Below, piece after piece: positions 58,263 to 64,000 of a stretch of DNA of 64,000 bases. The stretch's first letter is position 1; each line of letters opens with the position of its first letter. Under the pieces are notes generated by a model. It saw nothing but the letters and a program-made list of their open reading frames with translations, made no database searches and was not told where the DNA came from. Source of the DNA: a virus (lineage: Duplodnaviria > Caudoviricetes); the IMG/VR virus record IMGVR_UViG_3300020120_000082, positions 1-64,000 of that record; one strand, given 5' to 3'. The translations under genes and the position numbers were made by a program.

Positions 58263-59899
58263 TATTTATTTCTCCGATTGATTTGCAGATCAGGGTTGCG
58301 CAGGAATAGCTCTGACTTCCCCTGGCGCTCAATAGTCAAAGCGCCCAGTCCGGCCAGATTGCGCAGGGATGTATAGATGCTCGGCTTAGCCACTTTCTTT
58401 CCGCGGCGGATCAATTCGTCAAACGCCGATTGGCCATTCGCGCCCTTGTCGAAAAACCCTTCCGAGATTAGCCGCACCAGCCAGCCCTGAAGATCATCCC
58501 CCATCTCCACTACCGGGCGAACTGTCTCAATCTCGATCGTGGGGATCGTTACCGCCAACTTGATCAGGGTTTTGTCCTGGATCATGCGCCGAATGAATTC
58601 TTTGTACAGCGCATCGACATTCAGGCCTGAGATTCCATCTTCCTGGAACTTGTCCAGATTGACGTGCTGGGCTCCATTGCCATTCTCGGCAATAGGCGGT
58701 ACGCCCTGGTGATGCTGGGCATGGTTGGCCATCAGATCAACCAGCTTATCAAGCGTATCAATAATTCTTTCTTCAGCTTCTTTGCTCATCTCATCTCCTA
58801 AGTTCAGATCTTCAGCAGTCAATTCACCGGCTTGGAACTTGGATTCCAGATCTGGAATTTCGTCGGTTGGCGTAAAACCAATACTGAAATGGTTGGGCAA
58901 ATTAGGCACCAATGAACCGCGGCCTACCCAGGCTTGCTCGATCACCGCTTCGCCCATGGCCACTTTCTTGGCCTGTTCATCAGTCAGCCAGACTGGCTGC
59001 ACATAGGTCTTACGAACATGCTTGCCCCAGCAGGCAAAGAATTGGCCCAGTTCCAGTTGAGCAATGTTTTCCGGCCTGGGCCGCTTGATACCGGCTGGGA
59101 TCTCCGAGAGTGTGCGCTTGATTTCATTGGCTTCACGCTGCACACCCAGAATCCAGAGCGGGATGCTCTTCAGGATGATCTTCTCAACGCCCGCAATATC
59201 CTGGCTGTCCAGCCATAAGTAATTCCCAAGGCCAGCCGCTTGTCGAATGTAAGACTCGGCAGACAACTTAACTGGTGTCCCCCTGCCCTGCGGTATAAAC
59301 TTCCATGCTTCAGGAATAACAACCACGGTGTTGTTTTCATGTTCCAGCACCCAGTCTATGGATGACTTAATGACCAGGTGCTGCATCTCCGCGGAGATCT
59401 TGGTCAAGTCCATGACATTGATGCCTGGATCCAGGCTGATCGATTTGGCCCATTGGACTTTATCAATCGACGGCAGCACGTCTTCCAGGTAGGCTTCCAG
59501 CGTCAGATAGACATCGCCGCTCAAGCCCTTAGCTGTCTTGAGTGCGTTGCGAACGTTGTGGTAGACGTCGCGCAATGTCCGAGCGCCCTTGCTGGCCCTG
59601 ATAATCCAGGCTCGCTCGAATTTCAGTTTCTCGCCGCGGTTGACTTCCAGGATGCTGGAAACAAATTTCCAATCTGCTTGCTCGCGGAAGTAGGGATCGA
59701 TACGATGGGCATCGCGAAAGCCCCCTTCCCCACGCTTGGTAATAAAACTCAGGGCCTTGACGCCTGAGCGCTGTACCAGCGCCTCCAATGTACTCGTTTT
59801 ACCGGCCATTTGAGTCTGGCCGGTGATGACCATGTGGTTGATAGGGATCTCAACAGAATCTCCAGAGTCAACTTCATAGCCCAGAAGAACGTTACTCAT
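58262..59899 (-). CDS. HerA/FtsK-like P-loop ATPase
   Basis: HMVITGQTQMAGKTS Walker A variant; VVVIPEAWKFIP Walker B variant; LDSQ. Confidence 0.7.
   Translation of the reverse strand: MSNVLLGYEVDSGDSVEIPINHMVITGQTQMAGKTSTLEALVQRSGVKALSFITKRGEGGFRDAHRIDPYFREQADWKFVSSILEVNRGEKLKFERAWIIRASKGARTLRDVYHNVRNALKTAKGLSGDVYLTLEAYLEDVLPSIDKVQWAKSISLDPGINVMDLTKISAEMQHLVIKSSIDWVLEHENNTVVVIPEAWKFIPQGRGTPVKLSAESYIRQAAGLGNYLWLDSQDIAGVEKIILKSIPLWILGVQREANEIKRTLSEIPAGIKRPRPENIAQLELGQFFACWGKHVRKTYVQPVWLTDEQAKKVAMGEAVIEQAWVGRGSLVPNLPNHFSIGFTPTDEIPDLESKFQAGELTAEDLNLGDEMSKEAEERIIDTLDKLVDLMANHAQHHQGVPPIAENGNGAQHVNLDKFQEDGISGLNVDALYKEFIRRMIQDKTLIKLAVTIPTIEIETVRPVVEMGDDLQGWLVRLISEGFFDKGANGQSAFDELIRRGKKVAKPSIYTSLRNLAGLGALTIERQGKSELFLRNPDLQINRRNK
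58843..58858. repeat. 16-bp palindrome, copy 4 (intragenic)
   Basis: ATTCCAGATCTGGAAT in the linker of the ATPase gene (encodes IPDLE). Confidence 0.85.
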
Positions 59900-60624
59900 T
59901 TGGACAATGATTTCAACAAAATATCAATGATCTGCTCTCGACTCATACTGGCCATGACGGTTGCCAAGTCCACTGGTGCTGGATTAATTGGACCATTCCC
60001 ATTTCTGGCCTGAGGTTGGGTTGGCCTGCGTATTACAATCCAACCATCATATGGATGCGGAGATTTATTAAATTCCCACCCACCATTCTTCATTCCAGAT
60101 CTTATCCCACTAAAAAGTGTTCTGTTTTTGCCGGTAAGATTGGCCAAGATGGTGTCGGATGGTACATAGTCATTGTGAGCGCAATAATCAATGTATCTAT
60201 CTCGATAGCTAGTGCGTCTATCATCATCCGAATCGTCCAAAGCCGATTCCGTTGGCTTTCCGTGGCCATTGTCAGATGTGAATTCTCCGATCGGCTGTCG
60301 TTGTACGCCATTGCGCTTAATGGCTTTCATTATTCGTCCCATCCCAGTGGTTATTTCGCCACCGGACAGTTCCTCAGGGGTAACCGCCTGTCGGTGTTCA
60401 CCCATTTGTTTTTTCCAGGAGTCTATAAGCTCCCTGGCTTCAGGAACAGACTCAATGGCAGTACCATAGGCATAGCGCCTAATCTGAGTCATTGTTCTAA
60501 GGTTGCAAGTTTTAGCAGCCTGTTCATATGCCTGAAGAAATGCATCGACAACATTCATTTGCCTATTCTCCTTGTTTAGAAAATCCCATGCCGCGCCAAG
60601 CCGCACCATGCCAATCCCAGCCAT
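59896..60624 (-). CDS. Hypothetical protein
   Basis: Long ORF coupled to the ATPase gene; alternative start MNVVD after AAGGAG. Confidence 0.65.
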   Translation of the reverse strand: MAGIGMVRLGAAWDFLNKENRQMNVVDAFLQAYEQAAKTCNLRTMTQIRRYAYGTAIESVPEARELIDSWKKQMGEHRQAVTPEELSGGEITTGMGRIMKAIKRNGVQRQPIGEFTSDNGHGKPTESALDDSDDDRRTSYRDRYIDYCAHNDYVPSDTILANLTGKNRTLFSGIRSGMKNGGWEFNKSPHPYDGWIVIRRPTQPQARNGNGPINPAPVDLATVMASMSREQIIDILLKSLSK

Positions 60625-60651
60625 ACATCTCCGGTCTAATCCCGGCCAATG

Positions 60652-61374
60652 TCAGTCGCTATCCGCTCTTAGCCACTTGAGTATTAATCGGCCTATCATT
60701 TCCGGTAAATAAGTTCCCGTTTTGGATTGCTTGGGCTCGGTAGTTTCAGTGAACGTGATCAGGCACGTCCCCTTGATCACAATTCCGTTATCGTTTTCCC
60801 ACAAGACGTTAGCCATGGCGCGACCGAGTCGTTCGTCGTAAACGCCATCGGTAAAAAAGATGTGGTCTTTTTCGACCAGGCCCCTGACTGCGGCACGTCT
60901 TTCGCCAGGTCCAAGCGTATCCAGGCGCAAAGCAAATTCAGCCGGAGTCTCACCGCCTTCGGCTAACTGCGCTTTGACATCCGGCAGGAGTTCACCCTTG
61001 CCATTCTTGGTAAAGAGCAGTTTGAGATCTGTCTTGTGGGCTGTCGAGAAACGACCAATGCGCTCTTTGATTTCCGACTCAGTCAGCCCCATCTTCATCA
61101 GACGCTCGACTGCGCCCATGGTGTCATAGAAATCCTGGCGCGATGGCCCCCAGGCTTCCTTTGACAGATCCCCAAGCCAATCCACAAAGCGACCGGCATC
61201 GGCCTTAGCTCGCCAGAGATTGTCGCGATAAATTTCGAAAAGCGCCCACCAATACTCGCTGATATTGCTGGAGGCGGCATAGTATGCCGCCTCCACTCTC
61301 ACGATGCGATCATGGTAAGCAATATCCAGATCGGGGCTGACGATCGTCTGTCTATTTTTCGGCGCTGGCAGCAT
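60652..61374 (-). CDS. Hypothetical protein
   Basis: Long ORF overlapping the RecT-like gene. Confidence 0.65.
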   Translation of the reverse strand: MLPAPKNRQTIVSPDLDIAYHDRIVRVEAAYYAASSNISEYWWALFEIYRDNLWRAKADAGRFVDWLGDLSKEAWGPSRQDFYDTMGAVERLMKMGLTESEIKERIGRFSTAHKTDLKLLFTKNGKGELLPDVKAQLAEGGETPAEFALRLDTLGPGERRAAVRGLVEKDHIFFTDGVYDERLGRAMANVLWENDNGIVIKGTCLITFTETTEPKQSKTGTYLPEMIGRLILKWLRADSD

Positions 61375-62827
61375 TGGGACCGTAATTGGCTAGGATGTAG
61401 TCGACCATGGTCTTGAAGTCATCGCCATCCACCGGCAACCCCTCGGACAGCAATTGGGCCATGTTGCTGAACTGCTCAAAGTTAGCTGGTGTGTTGGCTT
61501 TCATGCCATTGTCCAGTAGAACCTTCAAGACATACGGATCGGGCAGCTTGGCCATGCTCTCGACAAACGCCTCGACTTCCTTGGACGAGATGCCAGCCTC
61601 ATTAAGATCTGCGGGAATGCCGTAGTAGCCCCGCAGCGGGCTAACCTGAGTGGATGGCGCAGGTGTGAATGGCACTTGCTCAACCGTGGACGTGGCGATC
61701 TGGCTAGTTGCAGTCTTGGTTTTTGCTGCTTCAGCCGCCGCTTCTTCTGGATACCAGCGTGGATCCGGGATACCATGCGCCTTCCAGGAGATCACTGCCG
61801 CCACTTCTTCCCAGGTCAGCGAACGCCAACTCATTTTGCCTTTAAAACGTTTCTTGAGATGGTTGCCCGCCTCGAATTGGTTGGGCTTGCCAGTCTTGGT
61901 GTCGATGAACAAGCCCAGCAATTGCTCAACCTGCTTATCACCCATGCCTGTTCCAGCCACTTTTTCGGCAACCTTCCAGACATTGCCGCCAAGCCGAACC
62001 ATCTCAACGTCATTCTCTTTGCGGTATTCCAGAACACCCTTGACATATTCCGGCGAGATGACAACCTCTCCAGGCTTGGCTTCCGGCTTTTTGGATTCTG
62101 CTTTCTTTGTGGCCGGAGCAGCCTTGATTTCGCCAGTGCCCTGATCAACCGTTTCGACAACTGTGGCTGGCTGTGTTGCGTCAAAGTCGGGACCGATCTG
62201 ATCTACGGTGTAAGTATCTCCGTCCGTCAACTGAGTCGTTGCGTTGGATGATGTTCGACCTTCGACAACATGGCCATTGGATTCTTTGGGCAAGCTCAAA
62301 ACATTGCCATCGACGTCAACATTTGCGCCAAGCTCTTCCGGCGTGTACACCGGAGCGCCAAACAGATCCGGGCAGAACCACTTGACGCCATTGCTCATAG
62401 CGCGAGCAAAGAGCATATTGCGCGGGAACTTGTCCATGTTCTTCGTGCCTGCCCGCTTGGCATCTTCGATGGTGAACTTGGATGTTCCCAGCACCCGTTC
62501 ACCATTCACAAATTCGATCTCCGCATAGTCATCGCCCAGGTGAAGAATGTTGTAGTCGTAACGCTTGGAATTGCGAACCTGCGCGGCCATGAGATTGGCC
62601 GAGAAAGTTACTCGCCCCTGAATAACGTAGATACCCGTCATGGCAGAAATTGCGGGGATTCCAAGTTCGCGGCCTGCCAAAACTTTAACGATTGCCTGGG
62701 AAGTCTTCTCCGCATCTTTGAAGTATCCTGATGCGACCAGCGTCTTGCCCAACTCCATCAGGGACAAGCCTGGATTTAGCGCCAGTTCTTTGGTGCCGGA
62801 TTCCTTGGTGCCATTCTCTTCAGTCAC
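61352..62827 (-). CDS. RecT-like single-strand annealing protein
   Basis: GRELGIP..AMTGIYVIQGR; EDAKRAG; FPRNMLFARA; CPD..G..YTPEEL. Confidence 0.75.
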   Translation of the reverse strand: MTEENGTKESGTKELALNPGLSLMELGKTLVASGYFKDAEKTSQAIVKVLAGRELGIPAISAMTGIYVIQGRVTFSANLMAAQVRNSKRYDYNILHLGDDYAEIEFVNGERVLGTSKFTIEDAKRAGTKNMDKFPRNMLFARAMSNGVKWFCPDLFGAPVYTPEELGANVDVDGNVLSLPKESNGHVVEGRTSSNATTQLTDGDTYTVDQIGPDFDATQPATVVETVDQGTGEIKAAPATKKAESKKPEAKPGEVVISPEYVKGVLEYRKENDVEMVRLGGNVWKVAEKVAGTGMGDKQVEQLLGLFIDTKTGKPNQFEAGNHLKKRFKGKMSWRSLTWEEVAAVISWKAHGIPDPRWYPEEAAAEAAKTKTATSQIATSTVEQVPFTPAPSTQVSPLRGYYGIPADLNEAGISSKEVEAFVESMAKLPDPYVLKVLLDNGMKANTPANFEQFSNMAQLLSEGLPVDGDDFKTMVDYILANYGPNAASAEK

Positions 62828-62828
62828 T

Positions 62829-63050
62829 TTATTTCTCCTGTTTCCCTTCCCCCTGGATCTTGGCCTGCTTTTTCTTCTGGCTTTCCAATTCCGTGGTAAT
62901 GATTCTGTCCAGCATCCTTACCATCGTTTCACCCGACAAAGCAGCCGCTAAATGAAGTTGTTTCAGAGACGTTGTGTAAACCTTGATCGTGGTATACAGG
63001 GGAATTTTCTTGAGCGTTGGTTTCTCGTATGTTTTTTTGTCCATGGACAT
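62829..63050 (-). CDS. Small DNA-binding protein (RHH-like)
   Basis: TTIKV beta strand followed by two helices. Confidence 0.5.
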   Translation of the reverse strand: MSMDKKTYEKPTLKKIPLYTTIKVYTTSLKQLHLAAALSGETMVRMLDRIITTELESQKKKQAKIQGEGKQEK

Positions 63051-63067
63051 ATATATTACAACATTTA

Positions 63068-63331
63068 CTACCTGACGTCCAGTCCTTCTGGCGGCACATA
63101 TTTCTCGCCGGGGATCTCGATTCCATTGCGATTTTTGCCCAAAAACCTGATCATTCCGTGGCGCTCCATCAGTCTCAGGTTGTGGAAAATGCTGGTTTTA
63201 CCGTGTCCAGTCTCTCTGCCTATTTCCAGCATGCTGGGCGTTGCTCCACCGTACTTGATTTTGTACCTGACGATATAGTTCAGGATCCCGTCAAGCCTTG
63301 CCTTCGTTTCCGGGCTCAGATCTTTTTTCAA
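63068..63331 (-). CDS. LexA N-terminal-like wHTH regulator
   Basis: ILNYI..Y....G.TPS..EIG...G...SI..NL..ME..G.IR. Confidence 0.8.
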   Translation of the reverse strand: MKKDLSPETKARLDGILNYIVRYKIKYGGATPSMLEIGRETGHGKTSIFHNLRLMERHGMIRFLGKNRNGIEIPGEKYVPPEGLDVR

Positions 63332-63528
63332 CTGATGTACTCCTTGCGCTCGATTTCATCGCGCAGTTCGACCAGCTTCTGAACAACATTCTTGGTCCTG
63401 ACAACCGATCGTGTTGAGACCGAATTCTCGGGCAGCGTATTCACAATTGCCCGAAGCCTGTCGATCTGCATGTACATAGAATTGAGAACGCCTTCCAGTT
63501 GATCGTTGAGTTCAAAGTTGGTGGTCAC
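63328..63528 (-). CDS. Hypothetical protein
   Basis: GTGA overlap with the HNH stop. Confidence 0.5.
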   Translation of the reverse strand: MTTNFELNDQLEGVLNSMYMQIDRLRAIVNTLPENSVSTRSVVRTKNVVQKLVELRDEIERKEYIS

Positions 63529-64000
63529 CGTTCTTTTTTGCTCCAAACAGCCCTGCCCTTTTTGCCCATGTCGTGCATATTTTCCAGGTGAGTTCCAACA
63601 AACAGATAACTCGGTCTTACGCATTTCGGATTATCACATTTATGACAGACTTCCATTCCGATTGGTATGGCTCCATTTGCGAGTTCCCAGGAAAGCCTAT
63701 GGGCAAGCAATCTTGGGCCATATTCTCCCTCTTTGTAAATGTACCCATATCCCAAAACACTTTTGGCCCCAGACCAGATCCAGCATGATCTGGTTTTACG
63801 AACGCGCTCCCAAAACCTGGTTTCAAGTTTCTTTCTTTGCGCTATCTTTCCGTCGCTAATGCTGCGTAGCTTCACACCATTCTTAGCTAAGATATTACCG
63901 ATCGTTACATCAGTCGTATCGTAAATCTTGGCTATTTTGTACGTCGAAAGCATTTTGACAGTATACAGGTCAACAATATCCGTCTCGTGTTCTCGAAGTC
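63525..64000 (-). CDS. HNH endonuclease with N-terminal HTH (5' end may lie outside the window)
   Basis: RFW, CWIW.G, GYG, AHRLSW, VCHKCDNPKCVRP..L..GT..EN..DM..KGR. Confidence 0.9.
   Translation of the reverse strand, partial: LREHETDIVDLYTVKMLSTYKIAKIYDTTDVTIGNILAKNGVKLRSISDGKIAQRKKLETRFWERVRKTRSCWIWSGAKSVLGYGYIYKEGEYGPRLLAHRLSWELANGAIPIGMEVCHKCDNPKCVRPSYLFVGTHLENMHDMGKKGRAVWSKKER

Larger units (their letters stand above)
1..64000. mobile_element. Tailed phage (siphovirus-like) genome segment, possibly temperate
   Basis: Syntenic protease/scaffold, capsid, neck, tail tube, chaperone frameshift, tape measure, tail tip, fibre and endolysin genes on +; integrase-like, RecT-like, HNH and many small ORFs on -; no host housekeeping genes seen. 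Confidence 0.95.

Noticed and set aside
1-64000. CRISPR array, DGR or retron
   Set aside because: No regularly spaced repeats and no reverse transcriptase or cas gene recognised

Overview
The window is a 64-kb piece of a large siphovirus-like phage or prophage genome with two convergent arms that meet at a bidirectional terminator near 45.1 kb. The + arm (1-45.1 kb) carries a sugar-modification cluster (4 glycosyltransferases, 2 SAM methyltransferases, a B12 radical-SAM enzyme, a beta-propeller glycoside hydrolase-like protein). It continues with head, neck/fibre, tail and lysis genes. The - arm (45.2-64 kb) carries secreted Thr/Pro-linker proteins including a sortase-fold protein, MazG, a tyrosine recombinase, GH16, many small early genes, a HerA-like ATPase, a RecT-like annealing protein, a LexA-like HTH and an HNH nuclease. 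Terminase and portal were not recognised in the window. A Chloroflexota-like host is an inference only. The leading candidate for a new system is the tetrapeptide TSGS: by manual count it occurs about 32 times, almost only in predicted surface-exposed virion proteins (about 20 times in the long tail fibre). It is encoded by varied synonymous codons and sits in a genome with its own glycosylation cluster, suggesting a sequon-directed virion glycosylation system. Other signals are a 16-bp perfect palindrome (ATTCCAGATCTGGAAT) present four times, a rod-like ncRNA candidate, a switchable attenuator ahead of the capsid operon, an in-frame TAA inside the protease/scaffold gene, and a -1 frameshift in the tail chaperone. 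All calls come from reading motifs by eye; no database searches were run.
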